DNA of 32,000 bases from Desulfobulbus propionicus DSM 2032 (GCF_000186885.1 NC_014972.1:1050001-1082000); one strand, 5' to 3'. Positions 7,984-17,109 are shown, counted from the stretch's first letter. Notes: generated by a model not told the origin, from the sequence alone. Numbers and translations: made by a program.

Positions 7984-10900
7984 TTATCCGAGAATGGATT
8001 GCAGCTCCTGCTGTTCCAGCCTGTGGTCGAATTTGAAATGGGCGGAAAAGCCGTTGTCCTGCAGGTGAAACGGCTGCACGCCGATCACCATCCCCTTGAG
8101 GTGAAAAAACTTGGCCTTGCCGCCCACCGGCAACACAATCTGCATCCGCCGGCCAAGGAGAAGACGGGCGTTTTCCTGGCGGGAGATACGAATGAGAAAA
8201 GCGAGCCCGCCCAGGGAAATGTCGGCGGTCTCGGCGCGAAAGCCCCGGCCGATGGGATTTTCGAGGCTGCTGATCGGCTGCACCTGGATCTTGCGCGACA
8301 GGTTGAAACGCTGTTCCCTGCGACGGTCGAGACCCTTGCGTTCGATCATTGAACAAATATTGTTGCAGGCGGAGTAATAGTCGTAGAGTTTGGCGCGCAG
8401 TCCGGGAAACTGTTCTTTCCAGGTGTCGAGCGCGGTTTGCGGCAGGAGGTACAGCCTGGAAGGGGTCAGGGAGGTCAGGGTGACCGTCCAGAAAGAGGGC
8501 GCGAAAAAGTTTTCCCCGGCTATCTGCCCACGGTTGAGGCTGGTAATGAACAGTTCCCGCGACCCGACCAGATGGGAAACCTTGATGCTGCCCTGATTGA
8601 TGAAGAACAGGCTGTCATTCTTTTCCCCTTGGGCGACAATGGTCTCTTCGGGTTTGTAGCGGCGCTCGATGAATTGCTGGTGGATGGCCCGGAATTCGTC
8701 GGTGCCGAGCCGATCGGTCAATTCCGCCCATATTTCAAGATCGTCTCCTGTCCTCACTCCTCTCCTCTCCTGCTCGATGATTTCGCTCGCACGGATCATC
8801 TCGCCCAGCGGAAGATCGTCGATTGCATCGATCCGCTCCCGTTGCCGTTCCGCCGCTTGCACTGGATTCGCTGGACCGGCCGTGGTTTCCCGTGAGTCCG
8901 GTTGTTCCTCGGCAGCGGTCTCTTCCTGGTCCCATTCCGTTTGCAGGGCGGTGGCCTGACGGATCTGTTCCAGGGCCTGCGCCGCCGCCTGCCGTACCTC
9001 GTCGCTATAGCCCGCCAGGCCGAGGACGTTCTTGCTCTGCGCCACCCGATTGAGCGAAGCGGTCGCCCGCCTGGAGCCGATGGCGCCGAGTGTCTTGCAG
9101 ATGCTGATCTGCAAGTCGTTCTTGCTCTTGCCGAGAAACGGTTTGACACTTTCCAGCAGTTCGGTCAAGGGGCGGACGAACCGCTCGTCATGGGCGGTGG
9201 CAACGTGATTGATTACCTTGATTTTCAGCGAGTCGTCGACATGCTGCAAGGCATGGAGGAGAAAATCCTTGAGATGGTCGCCGCCGATCTTGACGGCGGT
9301 GCTGATGACCTCCTGCTGGACGCGAGGATCGCTGTGGTGAATGTACGGCCTGATGGTGGCAAACAGCGCGGGGCTGCCGACCTCGCCGAGCAGGCGGATG
9401 ATGTTGCGCACCACGTACCAGGGCGAATCCTTGTGCAGTTGCTCCAAAAGAATCGAGACAGCCGGATTGCCGGCCTGCTTGATCAGGCTCAGCAATCGCT
9501 TGCGTTCAAAACGGCTTTCATTGTTGATCAGCTGTTGCAACTGGAATTTGGCCGATTCCATGCCTAGTTGCACCAACAGTCGGCCGGCGGCTTCCTGATG
9601 GACCTCCGAATGGAGGTAGCGGTCGAGCAGCTGTTCGAGGATCGGTTGGGAACAGAGCGTTTTCAAGGTTTCTTGGGCCTGGGCGCGGAGATGCGGATTG
9701 GCCGAGGCCGAGGGCTCCGCGGTCGAAAGTGTCTGGAGCAATTGGGTGGTTTCACAGGCCAGAGGGTAACGTTCCTCGCTCAGATAGTGGCCGGTCAGGG
9801 TACCGATGGCGGTGAGAGCCTGCTGGCTGCCGTGTTCATCGATTCCTTGGAGCTGTAAGCCTTGTTGCAGGGCCGGCAGCAGTTTGGCCAACCGTTCCCA
9901 TTGGCCGAGATGCATCAACTGTTCGGCGATGGCGGCCAGGGTGCGAAAGGCATTGGCGCGGATGGCCGGTTTGCCGTGCTGCAGGGCAACGGCCAACTGC
10001 ATCAGCACGCTGTCCGCGGTCTTCTCGTTATTGTTCAGCAGCAGGCCACGGACCGTTTCCGGCAGGTCCTGGCAAAATTCCTTGTTCTCGAGATCGCTGA
10101 AATTGCCGTGCAGGAGATGGTCGAGGCCGCCTTTGACCGACTGTCGGCGCTCCTGTTCCTGGATCTGTCTTTGCTTGCTGTGCAGTTCAATGATTGCCCG
10201 CATCTTTTCGCCGCGAACGGTTTGCAGCAGGCGGTTGTAGGCCGCCTCGACTTCCTTGTCGTCCACGTCACCTGGTCTGGGTGACCGGCCTTCGGCGATT
10301 GCCCGGAACTGATCGGTCAACTTCGCCAGCTTGTCCTGGGAAAGTTGGCTGATGACCTGCTGGTAGAGCTGCTCGCCAAAGAGGGTCTTGTATTTTTGTA
10401 CCAGGATCAGCCCGAGTTCCTGTTCATCAAAGGTGGCCGCGATTTGCGCTCCGGCCTGGGTGGCGACCTTGAGCTGTTGTTCCTTGTCGAGCAGGGTGTC
10501 ATAGCGTTGCAGCACCTGCTCAAAGGAGGAAAAATCGGCCGGTCCATCGGGTTGTTGACGCGCTTCGAACGATTGCTGGGTCGCGGCGACCAGCACCGGC
10601 GCCGACCATGCCGGTTGCTGCAAGCGCATCGCCAGGGGATCCGGGAGGGACGAGGATGGAGCCGACGGGTTGAGCAGCAGGGCGCGGGCATCGATGTTCT
10701 GGGCGATGGTCCTGGTGATTTCGGGTCCTTTTTTGGTGCGGGCCAGGCGTTTGAGCACGGAATCGTCGGCGGGCTTGAAGTCGGGATCCTTGTCCTTGCC
10801 GATTTGCAGGGGGATGTCGCTGGTGAGGGTGGCGATCATCCGGTTGAGCTGCTTGGGGGTGAGGTGATCAACGGTTTCGTCGAGCAGTTCGTCGGAGACC

Positions 10901-12273
10901 TGGTTGATCACTTGGGTGTAGAGCTGTTCGCCGAAAAGGCCCTTGAACCGCTGGGCAAGGATGTTGCCCAGGGCCAGTCCCTCCATGGAGGCGAGCTGGG
11001 CGCCGGCCTGGCGGGCGACCTGGGTTTGCTGCTCGCGGCTGAGGAGCTGCTCGTAGTGTTCGAGCAGGCGGTTGAAGGCGCTAAAGTCGAGCTGGCCGGT
11101 CTGCTGGAGCTGGGAGTCGGTGACCTGCTGGGCAGCGGTGGCGAGCACCGGGGCGGACCACTCGGGCTGTTTGAGCCGGGCCAGGAGATGCTCGGGCAGC
11201 TCGGCCAGGGTGGTGTCGGGATTGAGCAACAGGGCGCGGGCATCGATGTTCTGGGCGATGGTCCTGGTGATTTCGGGTTTTTTTTCTTGCTCCAGGTGTG
11301 CCAGACGGTGCAGGATCGCTCCCGGCCCGCCGGTTGCTCCAGCGGCATCGTTCCCAGGAATGGTGCGCAGTCCCTGTTGGGCGACCAGGCTGGCGATCAG
11401 ACTGTTGAGTCGTTGCGGCGTCAACTGGTGCAGGGCCGAACCCAGCATTGCATCGGCCTCGGCCGATGCCGGCAGGTTGGCGATCAATTTGGCCAGCAGG
11501 GCCGGATCCAAAGCGGACAGGGCGTCCGCCGATTTTTCGAGCTCAAGGGTTCGTTTGCGAAAATCGGTTTCCCGGCTCAGCTTGCCAAGGAAATCGATCA
11601 CCGCCCTGGTGACTTCCTCTGGCGGACGGTTGTGTTCATTGGCGAGCGGCAACCGTTTGATCAGTTCCTCGACCAGCTCCGGCGAAACGCCCTGCAAGGG
11701 ATCTTGCCCCGTTCGTCCCAGGACAAAATTGGCCAGCTCCTCGTCGCTGATGCTGAGGCCGGAAGCGAGCAGTTCCTCGCGCACCACCTGTTCGCCTTCA
11801 TGGATGGCGACGTAACGGCTGACATCAACGGACACGGACACGATACCGGCTTTGTCGAGAAGGGTGGCAACGGGTTCGGTCAGTTCTTTTTCACCGAGAA
11901 GCGCGGAAAGGGTTTGGGTGAATGTGATGCATTCCTCAGGGGAAAAGGAGGCATGAAAGGTGAAGGAATGGATCTTGAAGCGGTTGAACAGGGTGACCAG
12001 CCCTTGGATTTGTGGGCGCGAGTGATCCTTTTCGGGCAGGTGTTCCCCGCAGACGAGGATTTTTTGATCGGAAAGGGCAAGGATGACCGAATTGTCCGCG
12101 TCACCCTCCAGCAACGCCTCAAAGGCTTTCATGAGAAACTCGTTGCTTCGCTGCACCTGCGGATTGGCGGCAGGATAGAGGCGTATGGTTCTCAGTGCCG
12201 TGTACAGTCGGATGGGGAAGTCAAGCAGGAGCTGCGTTCTGTCCGAGGAGGGAGGCTGCGGGATATGGCCCAT
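7984..12273 (-). CDS. large multidomain protein: helical N-terminal region, 2 x ~184-aa tandem repeat, HEAT-like repeats, cNMP-binding-like domain, PilZ domain
   Basis: The ORF is unbroken to 12408. I prefer ATG 12273 (MGHIPQPPSS...) because the 45 residues upstream are R/W-rich and not protein-like; the start is uncertain, with alternatives at 12384 and 12408. HEAT-like repeats map to about 8960-9440 (SPWYVVRNIIRLLGEVGSP, HHSDPRVQQEVISTAVKIGG, DEVRQAAAQALEQI). The cNMP-like fold maps to about 8356-8700 (ETIVAQGEKNDSLFFINQGSIKV...GQIAGENFF). PilZ maps to about 7987-8334, with RREQR (RxxxR) and DISLGG (DxSxxG). Confidence 0.85.
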   Translation of the reverse strand: MGHIPQPPSSDRTQLLLDFPIRLYTALRTIRLYPAANPQVQRSNEFLMKAFEALLEGDADNSVILALSDQKILVCGEHLPEKDHSRPQIQGLVTLFNRFKIHSFTFHASFSPEECITFTQTLSALLGEKELTEPVATLLDKAGIVSVSVDVSRYVAIHEGEQVVREELLASGLSISDEELANFVLGRTGQDPLQGVSPELVEELIKRLPLANEHNRPPEEVTRAVIDFLGKLSRETDFRKRTLELEKSADALSALDPALLAKLIANLPASAEADAMLGSALHQLTPQRLNSLIASLVAQQGLRTIPGNDAAGATGGPGAILHRLAHLEQEKKPEITRTIAQNIDARALLLNPDTTLAELPEHLLARLKQPEWSAPVLATAAQQVTDSQLQQTGQLDFSAFNRLLEHYEQLLSREQQTQVARQAGAQLASMEGLALGNILAQRFKGLFGEQLYTQVINQVSDELLDETVDHLTPKQLNRMIATLTSDIPLQIGKDKDPDFKPADDSVLKRLARTKKGPEITRTIAQNIDARALLLNPSAPSSSLPDPLAMRLQQPAWSAPVLVAATQQSFEARQQPDGPADFSSFEQVLQRYDTLLDKEQQLKVATQAGAQIAATFDEQELGLILVQKYKTLFGEQLYQQVISQLSQDKLAKLTDQFRAIAEGRSPRPGDVDDKEVEAAYNRLLQTVRGEKMRAIIELHSKQRQIQEQERRQSVKGGLDHLLHGNFSDLENKEFCQDLPETVRGLLLNNNEKTADSVLMQLAVALQHGKPAIRANAFRTLAAIAEQLMHLGQWERLAKLLPALQQGLQLQGIDEHGSQQALTAIGTLTGHYLSEERYPLACETTQLLQTLSTAEPSASANPHLRAQAQETLKTLCSQPILEQLLDRYLHSEVHQEAAGRLLVQLGMESAKFQLQQLINNESRFERKRLLSLIKQAGNPAVSILLEQLHKDSPWYVVRNIIRLLGEVGSPALFATIRPYIHHSDPRVQQEVISTAVKIGGDHLKDFLLHALQHVDDSLKIKVINHVATAHDERFVRPLTELLESVKPFLGKSKNDLQISICKTLGAIGSRRATASLNRVAQSKNVLGLAGYSDEVRQAAAQALEQIRQATALQTEWDQEETAAEEQPDSRETTAGPANPVQAAERQRERIDAIDDLPLGEMIRASEIIEQERRGVRTGDDLEIWAELTDRLGTDEFRAIHQQFIERRYKPEETIVAQGEKNDSLFFINQGSIKVSHLVGSRELFITSLNRGQIAGENFFAPSFWTVTLTSLTPSRLYLLPQTALDTWKEQFPGLRAKLYDYYSACNNICSMIERKGLDRRREQRFNLSRKIQVQPISSLENPIGRGFRAETADISLGGLAFLIRISRQENARLLLGRRMQIVLPVGGKAKFFHLKGMVIGVQPFHLQDNGFSAHFKFDHRLEQQELQSILG
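10185..11320 (-). repeat. in-frame tandem duplication (period 552 bp = 184 codons) inside the giant gene
   Basis: Plus-strand segments 10670-10736 and 11222-11288 are identical except for one base (ttgagcaRcagggcgcgggcatcgatgttctgggcgatggtcctggtgatttcgggt). They encode PEITRTIAQNIDARALLLNP in both copies. The flanking parts of the two units are clearly homologous at protein level (FGEQLY.QVI.Q; QAGAQ.A) but much more diverged in DNA. Outer boundaries are approximate. Confidence 0.85.
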
Positions 12274-12519
12274 GGGCGGTTCCGTGTGATGGCGTCGATC
12301 TTTCCGTGAGGGACTGGTTCGGTTCTGTGTCCACGGGTCCGGGAAGCGAGAGCGATCCGCGGTCGTGGCGCACAACCAGGCCATGCGAAGCCGTGCATCG
12401 AAGCACAAAGAGAGGTTCGCGCGAAGCTCGACATGGCGTATTCATCCGTTACCATTCCATATCCGCTGCATTTGATCAATGTGAACTTTTTTGAACGGAT
12501 TGAGGCGACTGATGGCAGG

Positions 12520-13158
12520 TCAAAGAAGAACCAACCGCTCTTGCCCTAAAGCCGAACGGCAGGGAGCCCCCGTGACACATATCATGTGGTGGCGCAGGAG
12601 GAGCTGGACAAGGACATTGATCGGCAAGCCCACCACATTGCTGTACGAACCGTTTATGGTACGGACGAGAAAGGCGCCCCTGCCTTGAATGCCGTATGCG
12701 CCGGCCTTGTCCATGGGCTCGCCGGAATCGACATAGGCCTGGAGAACGGAGTCGGCAAAATGGTCGAAGGTGACCAGGGTGGTTGCCTCGCCCGCTTCCT
12801 CGATCCGTCGGTCGTGGCAGCAGACGGCAAAACCGGTGATGACCCGGTGGGTCCGTCCTTGCAGCTGCTTGAGGATGGCCAGCGCTTCCTCGCGGTCCCG
12901 CGGTTTGCCAAAGAGAGTCTCGTCCAGGGTGACCACGGTGTCGGCGCCGATGACGCAGGCCTGGGGAGAGGTGGCGGCTATTGCCTTGGCTTTGGTTATT
13001 GCCATGCGCCGGGCAAATGCTGCGGCTGGCTCGCCGGTTTCGGGCGTCTCGTCGATCCGCGCCGGTTCGGCACGGAATGCGAGACCAAGCTGGCGGAGAA
13101 ATTCCTGACGGCGCGGTGAGGCCGAAGCGAGGATCAAGGGATGGCAGGCGGTGAACAT
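12520..13158 (-). CDS. maf: Maf-like nucleoside triphosphate pyrophosphatase / septum formation protein
   Basis: ATG at 13158 gives MFTACHPLILASASPRRQEFLRQLGL, the Maf signature LASxSPRR. Later blocks DKAGAYGIQG and SNVVGLP also fit. The track start at 13413 is an extension running through truA. The start overlaps the truA 3' end by 25 nt. Confidence 0.9.
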   Translation of the reverse strand: MFTACHPLILASASPRRQEFLRQLGLAFRAEPARIDETPETGEPAAAFARRMAITKAKAIAATSPQACVIGADTVVTLDETLFGKPRDREEALAILKQLQGRTHRVITGFAVCCHDRRIEEAGEATTLVTFDHFADSVLQAYVDSGEPMDKAGAYGIQGRGAFLVRTINGSYSNVVGLPINVLVQLLLRHHMICVTGAPCRSALGQERLVLL

Positions 13159-13958
13159 GGCAAGACAGGGTTCTGGTTGAAGAGGGGAAAAGGATAGTAG
13201 AGACGTTCGAGAAACAGACCGCAGGCCGGCGCGGTAAGGCCGGCCTGGGTTCGGTCCCTGGCAGCCAGGATGGCGGCGATCGCCTCCTCCGGGCGCTTGC
13301 CGTGCCCGATCTCGATCAGGGTTCCGGCCAGGATGCGCACCATCTGGCGGAGAAAACCGTCGCCGGTCACGTGAAGCGACCAGAAATCCTCGCATCCCAA
13401 ACGGGGCGAGCATCGGATTTCGTAAAGGGTGCGGACCGCGCCGCGGCCATCGATGGCAGTTTTGTCCCGTGAGCCGGAGCGCTCAAAACTGGAAAAATCA
13501 TGCCGGCCGACCAGTTGGGTCAAGGCGGTACGCAACCGCTTCGGGTCAAAAGGGCCGGGAAAATGGGCACGGTGCAGACGAGTGGAGGGGCATTGGACCG
13601 CACCGGTGAAGAAGTCGTAGCGGTAGGTCTTGCCCAAGGCACTGAAACGACTGTGGAAGGTGGCCGACGCCTCCTCGGCCGCCAAAATGCGGATGTCCGG
13701 AGGCAACAGGGCATTGAGGCCCTTGAAAAAGGCGACGACCGGGATGGCCGCCCGCGTATGAAAATGGGCCACCATGCCGAGGGCATGCACGCCGGCGTCG
13801 GTGCGCCCCGCACCATGGAGGGTGATCGGTTCCTCGCAGAGATGCGACAGTCGCTGCTCCAGCTCTTCCTGGATGGTGGCCTCGCCTTGGCGCTGTCGCT
13901 GCCATCCGCAATAGTTGCCGCCATCGTAGGCAATCAGCAGCCGGATGGTGCGGAGCAT
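13134..13958 (-). CDS. truA: tRNA pseudouridine(38-40) synthase TruA
   Basis: ATG at 13958 gives [22 protein letters not shown]. The catalytic block LHGAGRTDAGVHA and RQMVR are present. The start shares one base with the argC stop (TGATG junction). Confidence 0.93.
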   Translation of the reverse strand: MLRTIRLLIAYDGGNYCGWQRQRQGEATIQEELEQRLSHLCEEPITLHGAGRTDAGVHALGMVAHFHTRAAIPVVAFFKGLNALLPPDIRILAAEEASATFHSRFSALGKTYRYDFFTGAVQCPSTRLHRAHFPGPFDPKRLRTALTQLVGRHDFSSFERSGSRDKTAIDGRGAVRTLYEIRCSPRLGCEDFWSLHVTGDGFLRQMVRILAGTLIEIGHGKRPEEAIAAILAARDRTQAGLTAPACGLFLERLYYPFPLFNQNPVLPCSPPAIP

Positions 13959-14998
13959 CAGGGGAAAAACGGCGCTCCCAGCAGGCCGGTTGTTTCGGGA
14001 AACCCGTTCATCAGATTCATGTTTTGCACCGCCTGGCCCGAAGCTCCTTTGACGATATTGTCGATGGCCGACATGACGATCAGGCGGCCGGTTCGGGAAT
14101 CCTTTTGCAGGGCCAAGTCGCAACAGTTGGAGCCGCGGACATGCTGCGTCGCGGGTGGTGTGCCGGCGGGCAACACGCGGACAAACGGTTCGGCATCGTA
14201 GGTGCTTTCGTACAGCGCGTGCAGATCGGCGTCACGACCCTGTTCGGTGAGGGTGGCGTAGATGGTGCTCAGGATGCCACGGGAAATGGGCAGCAAATGA
14301 GGGGTAAAAGAGACCGTCACCGGTTGGCCCGCTGCCAGCGATAATTCTTGCTCGATTTCAGGAATGTGCCGATGGCTGCCACCTACTTTGTAGGGCTTGA
14401 ACCCGTCGGTGACCTCGCAAAACAGGGTCCCCACACTGGCCGCCCTGCCAGCTCCGGATGTCCCTGATTTGGAGTCGATGATCAGAGTGGCTGGATCGAT
14501 CAAGCCATGGCGGAGCAGAGGCGCCAGGGCCAGGATGACCGAAGTCGGGTAACAGCCGGGATTGGCGGTCAGGCGCGCGGTGCGTATCCGGTCGCGGTAC
14601 AGTTCCGGCAGGCCATAGACAGCCTCCGCAAGCAGGTGCGGGCTGGAGTGGGGTTGATACCAAGCTTCGTAGGTCGCCGCATCATGGAGGCGATAGTCGG
14701 CGCTCAGATCGACCACTTTCTTGCCCGCATCCAACAGGCGAGGGACGATATCCATGGCTGTCTTGTGTGGGACAGCGGCGAAAAAGAAATCGGCCCGATC
14801 GAGCAATTCCTCAACCGACAAATTCTCGCAGACAATGTCCACTCGCTTGCGCAGATTGGGGAACACCTCGGCGAGCGCTTTGCCCGCATACTGCCGCGAG
14901 GTGGCGGCGGTCAGACGGATTTCAGGATGTCCTGCAAGAATGCGGGCCAGCTCGACCCCGGTGTACCCGGAGGCACCAATAATTCCGACATGCAGCAT
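13958..14998 (-). CDS. argC: N-acetyl-gamma-glutamyl-phosphate reductase
   Basis: ATG at 14998 gives [21 protein letters not shown]. The active-site region [16 protein letters not shown] is present. 346 aa. The track start at 15208 runs through a terminator hairpin and into the rpsI 3' end (antisense), and is rejected. Confidence 0.95.
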   Translation of the reverse strand: MLHVGIIGASGYTGVELARILAGHPEIRLTAATSRQYAGKALAEVFPNLRKRVDIVCENLSVEELLDRADFFFAAVPHKTAMDIVPRLLDAGKKVVDLSADYRLHDAATYEAWYQPHSSPHLLAEAVYGLPELYRDRIRTARLTANPGCYPTSVILALAPLLRHGLIDPATLIIDSKSGTSGAGRAASVGTLFCEVTDGFKPYKVGGSHRHIPEIEQELSLAAGQPVTVSFTPHLLPISRGILSTIYATLTEQGRDADLHALYESTYDAEPFVRVLPAGTPPATQHVRGSNCCDLALQKDSRTGRLIVMSAIDNIVKGASGQAVQNMNLMNGFPETTGLLGAPFFP

Positions 14999-15039
14999 GA
15001 TAGTGTTCCTCTTCTCGTCGCGGCTGTGGGAGCTTTTGT

Positions 15040-15074
15040 AAAAAAAAAGGGAATAACGAAGAGTCGTTATTCCC
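15040..15074 (-). terminator. rho-independent terminator downstream of rpsI
   Basis: A perfect 11-bp stem (GGGAATAACGA / TCGTTATTCCC, 15049-15059 and 15064-15074), a 4-nt loop, and on the minus strand a U9 tract (plus-strand A run 15040-15048). Confidence 0.85.
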
Positions 15075-15131
15075 TGAGTGAAAACGGATACGAAAAATAG
15101 GGTGCGGCGACCAACTCCGCTGGGGCCGAAA

Positions 15132-15524
15132 TCAACGTTTGGAGAACTGGAAGCGGGCGCGGGCACCACGCTGGCCGTATTTTTTGCGCTCCTTGGCGCG
15201 CGGGTCACGGGTCAGCAGTCCGGCACGCTTCAGCGGCAGACGCATTTCCGGATTCAACTCCTGGAGCGCACGGGCAATACCATGGACCAGCGCGTCGATC
15301 TGCGCCGATTTACCGCCCCCCTTCACCGTGGCCTGAATATCGTACTGATCGACGGTTTCAGTGACGGCAAAAGGCTTGGCCACCTTGGGTTCAAAAAAGA
15401 TATTGCCGAAATATTCGCTCAACTCCATCTTGTTGATCGCTACCTTGCCGCTGCCGGGAGTGATCCAGACTCTGGCTATTGCTGTCTTCCGTCTGCCGGT
15501 AGCGTATGTCTGTTCCTGGGCCAT
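15132..15524 (-). CDS. rpsI: 30S ribosomal protein S9
   Basis: The C-terminus [29 protein letters not shown] is diagnostic. I prefer ATG 15524 ([13 protein letters not shown], 130 aa), which has GGAG 9 nt upstream. The alternatives are ATG 15530 and TTG 15545. Confidence 0.93.
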   Translation of the reverse strand: MAQEQTYATGRRKTAIARVWITPGSGKVAINKMELSEYFGNIFFEPKVAKPFAVTETVDQYDIQATVKGGGKSAQIDALVHGIARALQELNPEMRLPLKRAGLLTRDPRAKERKKYGQRGARARFQFSKR

Positions 15525-15541
15525 AATCATGTACTCCGTGT

Positions 15542-15970
15542 TCAAATCTCAAGATTCTCGGGCTGTTGCGCCTGGTGGGGATGATCCTTGCCGCTATAGA
15601 CCTTCAATTTCTTCAACTGCGCCCGGCCAAGTTTGTTTTTCGGCAACATCCCCCTCACGGCCATCCGGATCAGTTCTTCCGGCTTCTTGGCCAGCACCTC
15701 GCGGGCGCTTTGGGTTGTAATCCCGCCCGGGTATCCCGAATGGCGATGATATTTCTTGTCGTCCCACTTGTTGCCGGTGAGGTGAATCTTGTCAGCGTTG
15801 ACAACAATGACGAAATCGCCGTTGTCCTGAAAGTTGCAAAAGGTCGGTTTGTGCTTACCGCGCAGGCGACGGGCGATCTCCACGGCAATACGCCCCAGAA
15901 CCTTGCCGTCGGCATCGGCTACATACCATTTTCGGTCTATTTCATTGACTGGCGTGTAATAGGTTTTCAT
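15542..15970 (-). CDS. rplM: 50S ribosomal protein L13
   Basis: ATG at 15970 with GAGG 6 nt upstream. [42 protein letters not shown] is the L13 N-terminus. 142 aa. Confidence 0.95.
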   Translation of the reverse strand: MKTYYTPVNEIDRKWYVADADGKVLGRIAVEIARRLRGKHKPTFCNFQDNGDFVIVVNADKIHLTGNKWDDKKYHRHSGYPGGITTQSAREVLAKKPEELIRMAVRGMLPKNKLGRAQLKKLKVYSGKDHPHQAQQPENLEI

Positions 15971-15987
15971 GCTGCGCCTCAACACTG

Positions 15988-16018
15988 AAAAAAAAAGGCT
16001 CGAACAGAGGTCCGAACC
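15988..16018 (-). terminator. rho-independent terminator directly after tRNA-Gly
   Basis: The minus-strand RNA GGUUCGGAC-CUCU-GUUCGAGCC forms a 9-bp stem (7 Watson-Crick plus 2 G-U) followed by U9. The two wobble pairs exist only in the minus-strand transcript; on the plus strand they are C-A mismatches, which supports the strand call. Confidence 0.7.
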
Positions 16019-16031
16019 TTGGAGTCTCTTT

Positions 16032-16106
<75 letters not shown>

Positions 16107-16131
16107 TCGGTGTTTTCCGTAACAGCGGCAG

Positions 16132-16161
16132 AATATACAGAGTTTGAGGGGCTGCTGTCAA
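16132..16161 (-). promoter_or_regulatory. strong sigma-70-type promoter for tRNA-Gly (TTGACA-N18-TATATT) with upstream T-tract
   Basis: On the minus strand, TTGACA (16161-16156), an 18-nt spacer, TATATT (16137-16132). A T9 run immediately upstream (16171-16163) resembles an UP element. The -10 box ends 25 nt before the mature tRNA 5' end. Confidence 0.6.
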
Positions 16162-16509
16162 TAAAAAAAAATCATTGGAAGCAAGTTGCTGGTCAACCTG
16201 GTGAGAAAGCCGGCGACCCGTCGTGGTCAAAGGTTGTCGATTTGGACGAGCGGTACGAGCATGCCCCCCGATTTATCGATCCTTTGCAGGGGTGCCGTCG
16301 TTAAGGACCGCCAGGCCGGCAGGCGGGAAACCGTGATTTTTTGTTTTCGAGCCAGCTGGTTGGAATCAGAGGTTGTGACCGACAGTAAAATTGGCTACAT
16401 TGATTGGCGTATTTCATCAGCAATAACCACGAGCTGTTATTTTTTTACCTGCAACGGGCCGACATCGTCGGTGCCAAGAACGGCCGTCCGCAGAGCGAAG
16501 GAGTTTTTC

Positions 16510-17109
16510 ATGGCAGAACCCGCTACCCGTAGGGTGTCCATTGCGCGCACCACCAAGGAAACCGATATCCGCCTCGTGCTCGATTTGGAAGGGGCAGGAC
16601 ATGCCTCCGTGCGCACGGGCGTCGGCTTCATGGACCATATGTTGACCCTGTTTGCCGTTCACGGCCTCTTTGATCTGGAAATCGTCGCCACCGGCGATAC
16701 CGAGGTCGACGACCATCATACGGTCGAGGATGTGGGAATCTGTCTGGGGATGGCCTTTGCCCAGGCCTTGGGCGATAAATCAGGCATCTGCCGCTATGGG
16801 CATGCCTATGTCCCCATGGACGAGGCGCTGGCGCGGGTCTGCGTCGATTTTTCCAACCGTCCCCACCTACACTACCAGGTCCAGGTGAGCGAAGGCAAAA
16901 TCGGCACCTTTGATCCGCCGTTGGCCAAGGAATTCCTGCGTGCCTTTGTTCTCCACGCCGGTTTGACCCTGCATGCGGACCTGCTCCATGGAGAAAACGG
17001 GCACCATATTCTGGAGGCGGTGTTCAAGGCAACGGCCCGAGCGGTGGCGCTTGCCGTCGCTCCGCATCCCAAGGTCAAGGGGCAACTTTCGTCCAAGGGC
17101 GTACTATGA
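16510..17109 (+). CDS. hisB: imidazoleglycerol-phosphate dehydratase
   Basis: AAGGAG lies 7 nt upstream of ATG 16510. RTTKETDIRL, GVGFMDHMLTLFA, DDHHTVEDVGI and HHILEAVFKA are IGPD signatures. 199 aa. The track start at 16186 is a non-coding extension. Confidence 0.95.
   Translation: MAEPATRRVSIARTTKETDIRLVLDLEGAGHASVRTGVGFMDHMLTLFAVHGLFDLEIVATGDTEVDDHHTVEDVGICLGMAFAQALGDKSGICRYGHAYVPMDEALARVCVDFSNRPHLHYQVQVSEGKIGTFDPPLAKEFLRAFVLHAGLTLHADLLHGENGHHILEAVFKATARAVALAVAPHPKVKGQLSSKGVL

Noticed and set aside
10670-11288. The near-identical 67-nt repeats considered as a CRISPR-like or intergenic repeat array
   Set aside because: There are only two copies, 552 bp apart. Both are in frame inside one long ORF and encode the same peptide, with homologous coding sequence between them. 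This is an intragenic domain duplication, not an array.
10345-12309. 654-aa plus-strand ORF opposite the giant HEAT/PilZ gene
   Set aside because: It is codon-aligned antisense (both 1 mod 3) to a gene with clear domain content. The product is G/L/E/Q-rich and repetitive only because it mirrors the sense-strand repeat. There is no RBS or motif.
13958-15208. N-terminal extensions of track ORFs. The affected genes and their track starts are argC 15208, truA 14123, maf 13413, hisB 16186, trmFO 4635, metK 2083, the phosphoesterase 19350, the kinase 20071, the primase-helicase 7910, the hydrolase 28083, the regulator 31543 and the PEP-CTERM gene 27221.
   Set aside because: In each case an internal ATG or GTG with a Shine-Dalgarno-like sequence coincides with the conserved N-terminus of the family. 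The extension runs through an upstream gene, a terminator hairpin or non-protein-like sequence.
16308-16342. Hairpin CCGCC-N9-GGCGG followed by a T-run in the 400-nt spacer upstream of hisB; possible terminator or small RNA
   Set aside because: The stem is only 5 bp with a 9-nt loop. The T-run starts 10 nt after the stem. No plus-strand gene lies upstream that would need terminating. I could not identify a promoter or a conserved RNA motif, so the evidence is insufficient.
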